Positions 34,319 through 59,944 of a DNA stretch of 64,000 nt are shown in pieces. How positions within the stretch are numbered: the first letter of the stretch is position 1; each line of letters begins with the position of its first letter. The DNA comes from the human T2T-CHM13v2.0 reference genome, Homo sapiens. The stretch lies in NCBI RefSeq assembly GCF_009914755.1, contig NC_060940.1. One strand, 5' to 3'. Both the position numbers and the translations under genes were made by a program. The notes beneath the pieces were generated by a model. It searched no databases and was not told the DNA's origin. It was given only the letters and a program-made list of their open reading frames with translations.

Positions 34319-35599
34319 TAGTGAGCTTCAGGATCAGGAGTGCAGGGCTAAGTAACGGGCACTAACTTAGCCCCCAACTGAAGCAAGGCACAGTGAGGCT
34401 GGTACAGACCCAGGCTAGAGGGGCTATGGGGTAGGCAGGGCCTCCTCCTGAGCCCTAAGAATAGCCAGTTGGGCTCACATTCAGCATGAGGAAGGAGGAG
34501 GTTGGCATGGCAATCCTAGAGGTAGCTGGGTGACCTCGGAAAGGAAGAGCCTGGAGGTCAAGGTCTGGATCCTGATCAAAGAAAACCGAAGCGCAAAGAA
34601 GGGCCAAGGCTTGCCCAAGTCACCCAGAGGGAGTGTAGCCCAGGAGTCAGGACACAGGTGCACCGGTGTCCCTGCAAAACCTTCACCGTGCAGCTGGGGT
34701 GGGGACCTGGCTGCCCTCCAAGGAGCAGCTCCCTCCTGCTTCAGCAGAGGCCACTTGTACTACCTGCAAGCTGTATTTGGGCTGATGCGGGAAGGGCCCC
34801 AGTGAGGCAGAGAGCGGGGAGACCATGTTAGGACCTGTCTGGTTTCTCCCTTTTGCTGCCTCTCCATCTTTCCCCCAGGGCTGGAAGAGCACATTCCTGA
34901 GTCAGTTTTCCCAGGAGTCTGGATGGGGCCCAGGCAAGAGAGAGCACCGTCTCCCCATTACCAACACTCTCTCTCTATCCCCCACACACACCTCCTTGCT
35001 TTCCCTTAGAGCTCTTCAGAGGGTATGGCTGATGCAGGACAGGCCTATCCAGCTGCCTGGCTCAAGGAGAAGCTGGCCAGCTTTCCAGCCTCATGTTTTC
35101 TGGGCTCTGTGGCCAGGGAGGCCCCTCTCCACCATGCTCTGCCACTTGGCAACTCTGGGCCAGGCCCAGGTCCTCTCTGGGCTTCAGGTCCCTCATCTGT
35201 GAAATATGACGGCTTCATAGAGCACTTCCAGTGACTTTGCCAGCCTTACCTTTTGTAAGCCCCACACTGCCCTGCAAGATGGTACTGTCATTATCTCCAT
35301 TTTACAGAGGGGAAACAGGTTCAGAGAGCATGAGTGGCTTGCCCCAAGTCACCCACCCAGTAAGTGGTGGGCTTGGTACTTGAACCCAGGCAGTCTGACC
35401 AAGCTGCTGCCTGAGGTCTTTGCCATCATCAATATGCCATCAATTGTCAGGTCAGGCAGGGATCATTTTCCCTTTTCTATAGATGGGAAAACTGAGGCCC
35501 AGAGGGGCAACATGTCTTGCCCAAAGGTGCAGAGCTCAGGTGGGTCTTGCGCACTGCATAAGGCCACGTTGCCATGTCCTTGAGCACCTCCACAGAGGA

Positions 35600-35895
35600 G
35601 CAGCCACCCCAGGAAGTAGCTGCAGACTCTACGGGGTGATACCCTCAAAGGGTGACCAGGGCATGACCGACAGCTCGAAGGAAGCAAAGAGGCTGCTGCT
35701 GGTGAAAGAAGAAGTGAAGTGAGAGTGTGGTGCCTGGGCCTGGGGTGAAGGGAGCAGAGAGAAGTGCAGTGGGGGTGCAGGTGTGGGGCAAAGGGAGAGG
35801 CCACCCACAGACGCCTCCCGACTTCCCCTTCTTCCTGCAGAAGCTACAAGACAGCAGCCGAGACAGCAGCTGAGACGGCAGCGGCAGCTTCTCAG
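35600..35895 (+). promoter_or_regulatory. ADGRG5: ADGRG5 promoter and non-coding exon 1 (donor after 35895; start approximate)
   Basis: CTCAG|gtcagc donor; ETS/PU.1-type GGAAGT motifs, RUNX TGTGGT (35726-35731), E-boxes; position agrees with my recollection of the gene structure (long first intron). Confidence 0.6.
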
Positions 35896-36371
35896 GTCAG
35901 CCTCCTCCGGGCCTCTCCCCACTCTCCTCTGCCCAGTTCTCTGTCCTTATCCACAGGCCCCTCAGTGGGCACTGGCCATACCCATGTCCAGGTGGGCACA
36001 GACCTGGTGATATCCTGGTGAGCAAGCTGGGGACCCACCCTCCTTCCCTTTCTGGTTGGCAGCTCCACATCTGGGGCAATGTAGAGATCTGTGCTTTTGG
36101 AAGGAGGGGCAATTTAAATTAAGAAGTGGTTAGGCATGGGTCTCGAATCTTAGCTTCCCCGCGAGGTCTGGGACAAGTGAAGAGAGGTTTCTTTTCTGGA
36201 CCTCAGTTTCTCATCTGTAAAATGGGGTGAGTCTGGGAACCTGCACCTTGGATGGCTGTCAGGGGCTCAGTAGAGGACCTGGCACACAGTTTGTGCTTGG
36301 CAATCTGGAGCAGGTGCAGCTCCTTTCAGAGTGACCTGGATTGGATCCTGGGGACAGCATGTCTCAGGTAA

Positions 36372-36775
<404 letters not shown>

Positions 36776-37964
36776 CTGTTAGTGCTTTTTTGCAGAGACC
36801 ACAGGTTGATTGATTCCTCACCCAGGCCAGGGGCAGGGGCTCCAGACTGTGGTTGGCAGGGGCAGGTGGGGCTGTGTGCGGAGAATGGCTGGCTCAGTAG
36901 GCCTTCGTGCTGCTGGGGAGAGGTGGGCTTCGGGGGTGCATGGTCAGCTGTAGGGAGGAAGGCAGGGGTTCCCAAGCCTTGTGCTCAGATGTATTCCTGG
37001 CCAAGGACTTTGATCAGAGCCCTGGACCTTTCTCAGGGCCTGATTCCCAGGAGAGGATCAGGGAAATTGTTGTTTGAATTTCTCTTTCTGGGAAATAGAT
37101 TTCCTTGGCCTCATTTTACAGATGAGAAAACCTGAGACACAGAGAGGTCAGGTGCCTGCCCAGTGTCACACAGCCTAGGCACTGAATACTGCAACTGGTT
37201 ATCAAATTCTCATCTTCCAAAGGCTCTGTCCTGTGCTCCACAGCTCCTCATTTCTCTATTGGCCTAAATAGAGTCTTACTTGTCTGCAAAGCAACTCAGC
37301 TGCCCAACCATCTTTGGGAGGCTGCAGTGTGCAGGGGGTAGTGCCCTGGACCGTGGAGGCCTGGGTTTGAGTCCCAGCTTGCCCACTGGCCTGCTGTAGA
37401 ACCTCAAGCAGACTCCTCTTACGCAGTATTCGGTTTCCCCACCATCAACTGGAACCATCCTGGAAGTCAGATAAGGGATTGCTGTTTCCTAGAAGGCCAC
37501 AAATAATGAATTGCAGGGTGGAGAATGAAATGGCTCAGCGTGTGGGGGGATGGTGCATGGTGACCTCTCTGAAGGGATGTGGAGGGGAATTTGGAGGTTG
37601 CAAGCAGAAGTGAAGACTGTGGTTTGCTCCTGGGAAAGGGGGTGGAAACCACAGCTTCTATCTGGAGTGCCTGGGGGAGGTATCACTTCTGCTTTGGCCT
37701 CAATTTCTTCAGTTGTGTGGTAGGGTCAGGCTTTTCTTCCCTCAGTGCCTGCCTGGAACCAGTGGGGGTAAGAGCCTGGTCTTACACCTTGCAGGTCAAA
37801 TCCATCTATCTCTCTGGGCCTCAGTTTCACCAACAGTATAGTGAAGGGGTGGACAAATTGGCCCAAGATCCTTTCTGTGCTGTCAGGTCCTCCACTACTG
37901 GGCCTGAGTTATCTCTCCTGAATGAGTTCCTTCAGTAGCTTCTTTTGCCTCCCCAAACCTTTCT

Positions 37965-41360
<3,396 letters not shown>

Positions 41361-43130
41361 TATACACATCTTTTTTTTTTTTTTTTTAAAGAATACACAT
41401 AATTCTTAATAGTGAAATGACAATCTGTTGCATATTTTAACTTTTAATTTTGAGAAAATTATAAATGCACAGAAGGTTGCAAAAAATAGTACAGAACGTT
41501 TTGTATACCCTTCACTTATTCTCCAGTAGTAACATCTTGCATGCCTATAGTATAATATCAAAGCCAGGAAATTGTCTTTGGTATAGTTCACAGACTTCAT
41601 TCTGTATTATACTCACTCATTTATGTATGCCGGTTCTTTGGTAAGTATATTTTAACTTTATAAGAAACTGCCAAATGGTTTTCCTTGCAATTTTATGACA
41701 TGATAAAATAAAAGATTCCTGTAAACAACACCACGATCAAGACACAGAACTGTTCCATCGCCACAAGGATCCCTTGTGCGAGACCTTTAAAGAAACACAC
41801 TCCCCCTCCCTAACCCTTTGCAACCACTAATCTGTTCTCCATCTTTATCATTTTGTCATTTCAAGACTGTTAAATAAATTGAATCACACAGCATGCAACA
41901 TTTTGAGATTGGCTTTTTTTTTTTTTTTTTGGCTCATGATAATTCCTTTAAGATCCATCCAAGTTGTGTGTGTCAGTAGCTTTTTTTTAGAAATTCATTT
42001 TTTTAACTGCTGAGAATTGTATTTCAGAGTGTAAAGGTATCACCATTTAACCATTTTCACCCACTTTGAGGCTATCATGAATAAAGCTGCTATGACTCTT
42101 CATATACAGGTTTTTGTGTGAACACGAGGTTTCATTTCTCTGGGATAAAAGCCCAAGAGTGCAATTATTGGGTCATATGATAGGTACATGTTTAGTTTTA
42201 TAAGAAACTGTCGAACTGTTTTCCAGAATGGCATTGGAGTGTAATTTATTTATTCCTCTATTGATAGACATTCACATAGCTTTCAACTTTTCTTTATTAA
42301 CAATACTATTCTAAATATTCTTGTATGTGTATAATCCTGGCTTGCCCTATTCTTTCCATAGGATAAATTCATAAGAATGAGTTTCCTGGCTTAAAGGATA
42401 TTCAGAACGTAAAGTTCGAATGTGTTGCTAAGCCGTCCCCTTGCAGATGAGGCTCAGATCTTAGACAGAGAGTGCAGGAATGTGCCTGTCCCTACAGACT
42501 CACTGGGTGCTATCATATTTCAGATCTTTGCAGATCCAATGGTGGAAAAATGAGAACTCATGTTCTTAACTACTTTCCTCTGCCACTACCATCAAACACA
42601 TATTTTGAGTTTTGTGGCTCTCCCTCTTGAAGCCTTGCAAGTTTTTGTTGACTTCCTTTCTCTAAGAGGAGGATCATCAGTTCTCTTGCCCTCCCTCCCC
42701 TATTTCCTCTTCTTCATCCTCTTAATATGTTTTTTGATTGGATTTCTAAAGTCTTGTCTATAGAGGTATACATACAATAAAATTCACCCTTTTGGAGAGG
42801 AGTTTTTGCATTTTGACAGATGTGTACAGTCATGTATACATGTATATTACAATCAAAATATAGAACATTGCTGTCCCCTGAAAAGTTGTCTCAGGCCCTT
42901 TTGTAGTTAATATCTTTTCCCTACTCCCTGGCAACTACTGATTTGTTCTCTGATCCAATAGTTTTGACTTTTCTAGATTCCACTTCCATGTTACATTCCC
43001 TCCAGAAATGAATGAGGCTTCCAGCTGTTCTATATCCTCATAATACTTTGTATTACCATTTTAATCCTAGTCATTCTAGAAGGTGTGTAGTGATATCTGA
43101 TTGTGGTTTTTATATGCATTTCTCTAATGA

Positions 43131-43546
<416 letters not shown>

Positions 43547-43820
43547 TAGTTGTGTAAGAGTTCTTTATGTAGTCCAGATACAATTTTTTAAAAACATCAG
43601 ATATGTGTTTGTAAATATTTTCTCCCAGTCTGTGGCTTATCTTCTCGTTTTGCTAACCATGACTTTCAAAAAGCAGAAGTTTTAATTTTGATGAAATTCA
43701 ACTTATCAGTTTTTTGTTGTTGTTGTTGCCATGGATCACGTTTTTGGTGTTGTTTCTAAGAAATCTTTGCATAACCTAAGTCAGAAGGATTTTCTTTTTT
43801 GTTTTTTCCAAGGAGTTTTA

Positions 43821-46488
<2,668 letters not shown>

Positions 46489-47522
46489 TACAGTTTTAGT
46501 CTTGTTATTTGCATCTGTGATCCATTCTGAGTTAAATTTTGTATGTGCTTCAAGATATGGATTCAAGATGGCTTTTTTGTTGGCATGAGATATCCAATTG
46601 TTCCATCACTAATTGTTGAATCAATTATCCTTTCTCTATTGAATTATCTTTGCATCTTTGTCAAAAATTAATCGACAAAAATCAATATATGAACAAATTT
46701 TTGGACTCTCTATTCTGTTCTATTCATCTCTATATCTGTCCTTATGCCAGTAACACACTGTCTTGATTATTGTAGCTTTATAGTGAGCCTTGAAATCAGG
46801 TAGTGTGACTCCTCCAACTTCATTCTTCTTTATCAAAATTGTTTTGTCAATTCAAGATCCTTTGTTTTTACATATAAATTTTACAGTCAGCTTGTCATTT
46901 TCTAAAAAATATCCTGTAGTGATTTTAACTGGAATTGGATCTATATTCATGAGGGGTGTTGGTCTGTAGTTACCTTGTAATGTCTGTGGCTAGTTTTGGT
47001 ATACAGTAATATTAGCCTCCTAAAATGAATTTGGAAGCATTTTCCCTTCTATTTTCTAAAGGAATACATTTAGGATTGTTATCATTACTTATTTTGTCTT
47101 CCATTTTTTTCTAAGAGTTTCTGTAGAATTGATATTATAACTTTTTTAAATGTTTGGAAGAATTAATCAGTGAGGCCATCTGGGCCTAGTGTTTCTTTGT
47201 GGGAAGATTTTTAAATTACAAATTCAATTCCTTTAATCAATGAAGGACTATTCCTATTTTCTATTTTTTCTTGAGTAAGCATTGGTAGTTTGTGTATTTC
47301 AAGGAATTTTTTTTCATTTCACCTAAGTTATGTAATTTATTGCCATAAATTGTTAATATTATTCTCCTATTTTTTAATATCTGCAGGTTCTGTAGTGATA
47401 GCCCCTCTTTTATTGCTGATAACTGGTCATTGTACTTTGTCCTTTTTTCCCCTTTATCATTCTGCCTAGAGACTTATCAATATTATTGAGGTTTTCAAAT
47501 AACCAGCTTTTGGTTTCATTAA

Positions 47523-47868
<346 letters not shown>

Positions 47869-48398
47869 ATAATTTTATCTTTATTATTTTTCCTTCTGCT
47901 TATTTTATGCTTAGTTTGCTCTTCTTTTTATATTTATTAAGGTGGAAGCATAGATCACTGACTTGAAATCCTTCATCTTTCCTAATGTAAGCGTTTAATG
48001 CTATAAATTTTTCTCTAAGCACTGCTTTAGCTGCATCCCATAAATATTATGTTGTGTTTTCATTTTTATTCAGTTGAATATATTTTATAATTTCCCTTGT
48101 GATTTTGTCTCTGACTCATGGGTTACTTAATAGTGTATTATTTAATTTCCAAATATTTGGAGGATTTTTTGAGGCCTCTTTATGTTTTTTAATTCTAGTT
48201 TAAGTTCCTGGTGGTTACAGAACTTACTTTGTGTGCTTTTAATCCTTTTATATTTATTGAGATTTATTTTATGGCCCAGAATATGGTCTATTTTTGTGAA
48301 TGTTTCCTGTTGTAATTGAAAAGAATATGTATTTTGCGTAATTAGGAGAGTGTTCTATAAATATAAAGAAGATAGTTAATAGTGTTGTTCATGTCTTC

Positions 48399-48693
48399 TG
48401 ATATGGTTTGGCTGCATCCCCACCAAAATCTCATCTTGAATTGTAGTTCCCATAATCTCCATGTGTCATGGGAGGGACTGATGGGAAGTGATTGGATCAT
48501 GGGGGCAGTTTCCCCCATACTGCTCTCGTGATAGTGAGTGAGTTCTCATGAGATCTGATGGTTTTATAAGCATCTGGTTTTTCCCCTGCTAGCCATTCTC
48601 TCTCCTGCCACCCTTTGAAGAGGTGCCTTCCTCCATGATTATATACCCAGTCTTGGGTATTTCTTCATAGCAGCATGAGAATGGACTGATATA
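48399..48693. mobile_element. MaLR (THE1-like) solo LTR
   Basis: TGATATGGTTTGGCTG start; 5-bp TSD TCTTC at 48394-48398 and 48694-48698. Confidence 0.88.
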
Positions 48694-48968
48694 TCTTCTA
48701 TATCAATTTTTGTCTACTTCTAGCAATTACTCAGAGACAAATATTGCATTTTGCAACTATAAGTGTTGGTTTGTCAATTTCTCCTTTTAGTGTTATCAAT
48801 TTTTGCTTTATTTTTCAAAACTCTGTTATTAGGTGCACACACATTAAAGATTGTTACATTTTCTTGACGAATTAGTCTTTAGCATTATATAATCTTTATC
48901 CCTGGTAAAATTCCTTATCCTGAAGTTTACTTTTTCAGATATTAATGTAGCTATTCCCTCTTACTTAT

Positions 48969-49336
48969 TGATATGGTTTGGCTCTGGGTCCCCATGCAAA
49001 TCTCATGTTGAACTGTAATTTTTCAATGTTGGAGAGGGACCTGGTGGAAGGTGTTTGGATCATGGGGACAGATTTCCCCCTTGCTGTTCTCCTGATAGTG
49101 AGTGAGTTCTCAGAAGATCTGATGGTTTAAAAGTGTGTAGCACTTCCCCCTTCTCTCTCTCTCTCCCCTGCTGCCATGTGAAGACATGCTTGCTTCCCCT
49201 TCGCCTCCCGCCATGATTGTAAGTTTCCTAAGGTCTCCCCAGCCATGCCTGTGGAACTGTGACTCAAACCTCTTTTCTTTATAAATTACTCAGTCTTTGA
49301 TGGCTCTTTATAGCAGTGTGAAACTATACTAATACA
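48969..49336. mobile_element. MaLR (MST/THE1-like) solo LTR
   Basis: TGATATGGTTTGG...TAATACA; 5-bp TSD CTTAT on both sides. Confidence 0.88.
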
Positions 49337-50100
49337 CTTATGATTGGTATATCTTTTTTCCATCATTTTACATGTAATTTATTGGTGTCTTTATATTTGG
49401 TACGTGTTTCTTGAAGACAGTATGTAGTTAGGTTTTGCTTTTATAATCCAGTCAGACAATTTTTGCCTTTTAATTGGAGCATTTGGACTATGCTTAATGT
49501 AATTATTTATATGATTGGGTTTATATCTACCATCTTGCTATTTGTTTTCTCTGTATTCCATCTGTTCTTTGTTTCTTTTTCTTCTTGTCCTGTCTTATTT
49601 TGGATTGAGCAGTTTTCATAATATTATTTTATCTCTAGTATTGCCTTACTAGCTGTATCTTATAATTTTCTCTTTTTTGTGATGGCATTGTAGGATTTAA
49701 ATACACATATTTAACTTTCCACAATTTACCTTCGAATAACATTACAATACTTAAAATGTAGTTTAAGAACCTCACAACCAAATACTTCCATTTCCTCTCT
49801 CCTGCCTGTCGTGCTATTTTTGTGGTACACTTCTACTTCTACAGACACTGTGATCCCCACAATGCATTGTTACTGTTTTTACATTAAACAGATATTAAAA
49901 CCAAGGTAATTTATTTTATATTTGACACATTTTTGCCAGTTTCAATACTCTTCATTTCTTGGTTTAAGTCCAAATTTCCAACTGGCATAATTTTTCTTCT
50001 GCCCTAAGAATTTTCTTCAATATTTATTTTAGTGCCAATCTGCTGGCAATGAATTCTCAAACTCCTTGCTCATCTGAAGAAGTTCTTATTTTGCCTTCTT

Positions 50101-54271
<4,171 letters not shown>

Positions 54272-55286
54272 AACAATCGCTGTTTTTAGCCTCTTCCTTC
54301 ATCCCCTCTTCAGAGGTTACTGATGCCCCCAGTTCTCAAGTGCTTCCAAGGTTGTGAGGCTTCTCCTTGTCTCCTGCCAACACCACACCTCTCCCCACTG
54401 CAGGCACTTGGGTTCAACTTTTTTTGGTCTGCTAAACGTCTTACCAGGTGCCACCTACTTGTAGCCTCCAAAATTTAGCTGACATCTCCCATCTCTGCAG
54501 TTGTTTTCTTTCCCATTGTTCTGTCTTTGTGCCTGTTTTCTAAGGAGTAGCTTTACCTCTCCCATGGTAGGGTACAGGGTTTCCTGTACCCTGTGTCTTC
54601 TTTCATGATTTACTCTCTCATTTTGTTGGAGCACATCCTCCAGCAGCTTCCTGAGAGGCTTTGTGCCTCCTTTCTTCCCCATTGTACTGTTTTTCATGCC
54701 TCTTTTCTTTCCCATTGTTCTGTGGCTTTGTGCCTATTTTATTCATTCCCTCTCATTTTAGTGGGGCTTTAAGGGGCAGACATAAATTTGCTCTATTGAA
54801 GCAGAAGTTTATTAGTTCATTTTAAAATGGAGGAAAATGAGGGCAGAGGAGAGACAGATCCTACCCAAAGCCGCACGATGAGTTAATGGCAGGGCTGGAT
54901 GGGGTTTACCTGTTGCTTTCTCCCAAACACCGTCCCCCTGGGTAGAGACTGGGATCCTGGGGAAGCCCCCAGAAAGACTGCTTTTTGGGAAGGGGAGTGT
55001 ATCAGGCGGAGCTGCTAATGGCAGCCATTACTTGGTGGTCAAGGATTCTGGAGTCTTAGAGACCTGGCTTTAGGCAGGTTTAAGTAAAGCAAGACCCTTT
55101 GCCCTTCATCCTCAGCTTCCTCATCTGTGAAATGCAGGAGTGGTGAGTCAAATAAGATGCTGCATGTCCTACTCTTGGGACATGCCAGACACCTAGAAGT
55201 TAGAGGTTGCTCTTTTATCATCATGGTGATGGCATGCACCTTTTTCAGGGCCGGAGCCAGTTCTTGGAGGAGACTCTGCACAGGGC

Positions 55287-55350
55287 ATGGATCACTGTGG
55301 TGCCCTTTTCCTGTGCCTGTGCCTTCTGACTTTGCAGAATGCAACAACAG
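55287..55350 (+). CDS. ADGRG5: ADGRG5 coding exon 1 (exon starts 55249); signal peptide MDHCGALFLCLCLLTLQNATT
   Basis: tttttcag|G acceptor, GGCATGG start context, G|gtaag donor; hydrophobic signal peptide. Confidence 0.93.
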
Positions 55351-55576
55351 GTAAGGGGGCTCTGCTGAACTGGGGGCAGCCCTAGCCCAGTCGTGGGACT
55401 GTGATGCAAAAGGGGGAGGCGTCAAACCATGGGAGATTGAAAAGGGCCACTTAGGCTTCCTGGGGGCAGCAGGAGCTGCTTGTGAACTAGACTCTCAGGG
55501 TGGGATGGAAAGCCCAGAGGTTGTGGGGCCAGAGGGCAGTTGAGACACAAACTGAGGGGGAGGTGTGTCCCCACAG

Positions 55577-55652
55577 AGACATGGGAAGAACTCCTGAGCT
55601 ACATGGAGAATATGCAGGTGTCCAGGGGCCGGAGCTCAGTTTTTTCCTCTCG
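55577..55652 (+). CDS. ADGRG5: ADGRG5 exon 3 (ETWEELLSYMENMQVSRGRSSVFSS)
   Basis: cacag|AG acceptor, CG|gtgag donor, 76 nt. Confidence 0.92.
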
Positions 55653-56283
55653 GTGAGTTGGATGTGCCTCCCACCCCAAGCCTGCACCTTGAATCAGTGG
55701 GTCAGGGTTAGTCTAATGTAGACTCTTAACTGTGCATTTCTTCAGCACTTTTATTGAGCACCTACTGCATGCCTGACACTAGGCTCTGGGGATGCAGGAT
55801 GGGCATGTCACTGCCCTCATGAAGTTTATCATCGAGGAATGGGGGCCCTTAATCATAGATGTCATGACACTAAGTGCAGAATTATGGGTCTCCATGCATT
55901 TTCCTGGGAAGGGGGTCTAAGATTCTGGCTGGGCTCTCCAGGGTCTATGACCCAAAGACTGAGCAGCTCTAGGTGAGCGGCCAATGCTGAAGACTGGTCA
56001 GGGCTAAGAGTGGCTACTGGGAAGCTGTGAGGGAGCAGTCAGGGAAGGCTTCCTGGAGGAGGTGACAATAAACTGGGACCTGAACAGGAGTTAATCAAGA
56101 GGAGGGGATAGATGGGGTAGGGAGGTAACAGTGTGCCAAGGACACTGTGTGTGCAGTGGTCTGGAGGTGCGTGTGACAGAGGTGTGGGTGGGGAGGCCCT
56201 GCCCTCCCAGGCTGTCTACAGCCCCCTCTCACCCTTACCCCACTCCGGGCTCTGGCCTCCCTGGCCATCTCTCTGGGCTGCAG

Positions 56284-56440
56284 TCAACTCCACCAGCTGG
56301 AGCAGATGCTACTGAACACCAGCTTCCCAGGCTACAACCTGACCTTGCAGACACCCACCATCCAGTCTCTGGCCTTCAAGCTGAGCTGTGACTTCTCTGG
56401 CCTCTCGCTGACCAGTGCCACTCTGAAGCGGGTGCCCCAG
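56284..56440 (+). CDS. ADGRG5: ADGRG5 exon 4 (QLHQLEQMLLNTSFPGYNLT...KRVPQ)
   Basis: ctgcag|T acceptor, CAG|gtcag donor, 157 nt; N-glycosylation sequons. Confidence 0.93.
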
Positions 56441-57040
56441 GTCAGAGGCTGCGGGTTGGGGGGTGTGGCCAGCTGCCCCGCCCTAGAAGTCCTCCAGGCA
56501 TTTAAGGTCTGGACTTTCTTTAGGCTCCACTGTCTTCCTCCCCACACCCCACAGTCCAGGCTCTGCCCTAACTGGCAGTGAGTTGCCTCCTCTGTAAAAT
56601 GGGGCTCATACTCGCTGTGTGAACTGTGGAAAGGGAGGTGCTTTATTGCCCCTGCAGGGCAGAATCTTCTTCCTGCTTTGGCTGGAGGCTGCCCGCTGCG
56701 GGAGGCGCTGTGGGAGAGGCCAGAAACCCTGGCTCCTTTTAGGACCCTGGGGTGATCAGCTGGATCCCTGGCAGGGGCTGGGGCTGGTGCTGGGGCTGGG
56801 TGCTGAGGTAGCTCCATCTTCAGGGGTTCAGTGGGTCAGGTAAACATCCAAAACTCAGGAACAGCATGGAGGGAAGGCCTGGGATCTTGGGAAGTTTGGG
56901 AGGAGATGCAGCCTGGGGGGAGAAGGTTCTGTGGGTGGAAACCCCAAGGAAGGTTTCACGGGGAGTGGGAGGCAGTGAAGGTGTTGGGGTCAGGTCTCCA
57001 GGTCCTGGTTGCCAAACAGCCTGTTTGCGACCCTCTGCAG

Positions 57041-57172
57041 GCAGGAGGTCAGCATGCCCGGGGTCAGCACGCCATGCAGTTCCCCGCCGAGCTGACCCGG
57101 GACGCCTGCAAGACCCGCCCCAGGGAGCTGCGGCTCATCTGTATCTACTTCTCCAACACCCACTTTTTCAAG
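57041..57172 (+). CDS. ADGRG5: ADGRG5 exon 5 (AGGQHARGQHAMQFPAEL...THFFK), GAIN domain
   Basis: ctgcag|GCA acceptor, AAG|gtcag donor, 132 nt. Confidence 0.93.
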
Positions 57173-57469
57173 GTCAGTGTGATGGCGGGCCAAGGAGGGT
57201 GGGTGCCGGCCCCTTCTTGGGATCCACTGCAGGTGCCCATGTCACTGCCTGGCCTCTGGGTGACCAGCACTGAGTGAGACCAACCAGCCATCTGTGCAAT
57301 CCAAGCCAGCAATTGTCCCTCTCTGGGCCTCAGTTTCCCTGCCAACTTTAGCAGAATGGTAGGAAGGTATAATTACAATCTGCAAATAAGACCTAAGAAA
57401 CCTACGATGTGCCTGTCGGTAGGCGGGAGACAGACAAGAAGGCACTTATTATTCCCTGCCCTCAGATAA

Positions 57470-57794
<325 letters not shown>

Positions 57795-58226
57795 TGATCT
57801 TAGAGATTTAATGTCAGCAGAAGGTTGATTATAGCCATAGAGATCCAGAGTGATGGATGAGTCAGGGTGGGGTTGGGGCTCTTCCCAGTGGGCAGTCCAG
57901 GGGAGTTTCTGGGGAAGGTGCCTTTCAACCTTGGCTTTGAAAGTGAGTGAGGATAGTGGTGAGGTGGAGGGCGTGAGGCTGGAATGCATTAAACGAATGG
58001 GAGGTGGAGCAGGGGGTGGTGAGAGGACAGCTTTCCACAGGGCAGAAACAGCACATGCAAAGGCTGGGAGGCTGGGAAGGCTGGGAGGCTGGGAGGCTGA
58101 GAAAGCTTTCACGCTGCACACGTGAAAGTCTTGCTGCTTGTTCTCATCCAGGGAAGCGGAGCTCAGACCTTACCCAGGGCCTCCCCATTTCCCCTCCACT
58201 CAGCCCTTCTCCTGCTGCCCTTCCAG

Positions 58227-58343
58227 GATGAAAACAACTCATCTCTGCTGAATAACTACGTCCTGGGGGCCCAGCTGAGTCATGGGCACGTGAACAACCT
58301 CAGGGATCCTGTGAACATCAGCTTCTGGCACAACCAAAGCCTG
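58227..58343 (+). CDS. ADGRG5: ADGRG5 exon 6 (DENNSSLLNNYVLGAQL...VNISFWHNQSL), GAIN domain
   Basis: ttccag|GAT acceptor, CTG|gtact donor, 117 nt. Confidence 0.93.
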
Positions 58344-59791
58344 GTACTGCTGGGGGCGCCCCCGTTTCCACTGCACCCCTGCCCCTCTGTGACTCTCCTG
58401 TTGAACACTGGTTTGACTAGACCCAAACCTGTGGAACCATCTTGGAAATCCATCACACTTTGAAAATTCCTGCTCAAGAAATAAGAGAGAGAGAAGTTTT
58501 TACTCATGCATTTGTCAGAATTCTTTCAGTTGCAAGTAAGAAAAGACCACTTCAAGCCAGCTTGAGCACAGAGGGAACTGATTGGCACACATCCATGAAA
58601 TGTCTAGAGGTGATCCACCAGCTTCAGACATAGCTGGATCCAGGGATGGATCTGATGCCCTTGTGGCTCAGTCTCTCTCCGTCTCAGCAATGGTCTCCTG
58701 TCTTGGCTGTCCATTCTGTGGCATGATGGATGCTGGAGAGCCAGACTTCCTTTCCCTCTTCCCATCAGGCTCTTCCCCCGACTCCCCACCCACAACCTGC
58801 CCCAGTGCAGATCAGGGTCTCAGGATCTTAAAGGTTCAGCTGGGTCACACATGTCCATCCCTGCACCTGTCACTGTGCCCAGGGGGATGGAATGTGTGGA
58901 TTGGCCAGGCCTGGGTCACACGGCCCAGGGACTGGGGTGAAGGAGTGAGCTCCTAGGGTAAGTGCAGATGCTGATCCTGGAACAGAGACAGGGCTGCTTG
59001 TTGGGGGTGGGGGCAGAGTGGGGTGGTTCACAAGCCTCAGTGCCTCCATTTCTGGTTCCTGGCATTCCTGAAAAGCCCGGAGCCTCTGCTTTCTGGCTTC
59101 ATCTTCCCTTCAGCTTCACCAGGACTGCCCTGCACTCTAAATTTCACCATCATCCTTTCCTTTCAGCTCTGGGCTTTTGCCACTATGGTTCCCTCCACCT
59201 GGAATGCCCTTGCCCTACTCGTGTTGAAATCCAACACGTCCTCTAAGGGTTCAGGGCCCCCACCTCCCCTTCTCCCTTTGGGTCAGCTCTGCCTACCCTC
59301 CATGGTCTTCCGTGACTACCTGTGTCATTTCCTCCACTTCTCCACCCACGTGGCTTGGCATTAGGGTTGTCTGTGGATGAGTCTCCCCCAACCAGGCGTG
59401 GGTCTGAGCACATTGCTGTTCCCCATGGGGAGGAAGGGAAGGGATCAGCTGGTTATGGAGCGCCTACTGTATAAAAGGCCAGAGCTGGACACTCAAGATT
59501 CCGTGTTGCCCTTTGTTTTTCCACCATTGTTGTAACATGGGTACGAATGATCCTATTCTGTAGATGACTAAACTGAGGCTCAGAGCAACTTGGTGTCTTG
59601 CCTGGGTCACTCTGAGAGCCCACAGTGGAGGTGGGACAGGAATCTGAGACTGTCTGAAGCCAAAGGCCAGCCAGTGCCTGGTAAAATGTTGGCAAATGTG
59701 CAGTTGAGTCACCGTTGGCCCCCAGGACTCCCAGACACTGATCTGCAGCCTTTCCTCTGCACCCTATGACTGACCCAGCATCTCCACCCAG

Positions 59792-59944
59792 GAAGGCTAC
59801 ACCCTGACCTGTGTCTTCTGGAAGGAGGGAGCCAGGAAACAGCCCTGGGGGGGCTGGAGCCCTGAGGGCTGTCGTACAGAGCAGCCCTCCCACTCTCAGG
59901 TGCTCTGCCGCTGCAACCACCTCACCTACTTTGCTGTTCTCATG
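59792..59944 (+). CDS. ADGRG5: ADGRG5 exon 7, GPS motif (CVFW...WSPEGC...CRCNHL/TYFAVLM)
   Basis: cccag|GAA acceptor, ATG|gtatgt donor, 153 nt; canonical GPS with H-L/T autoproteolysis consensus at 59918-59926. Confidence 0.96.
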
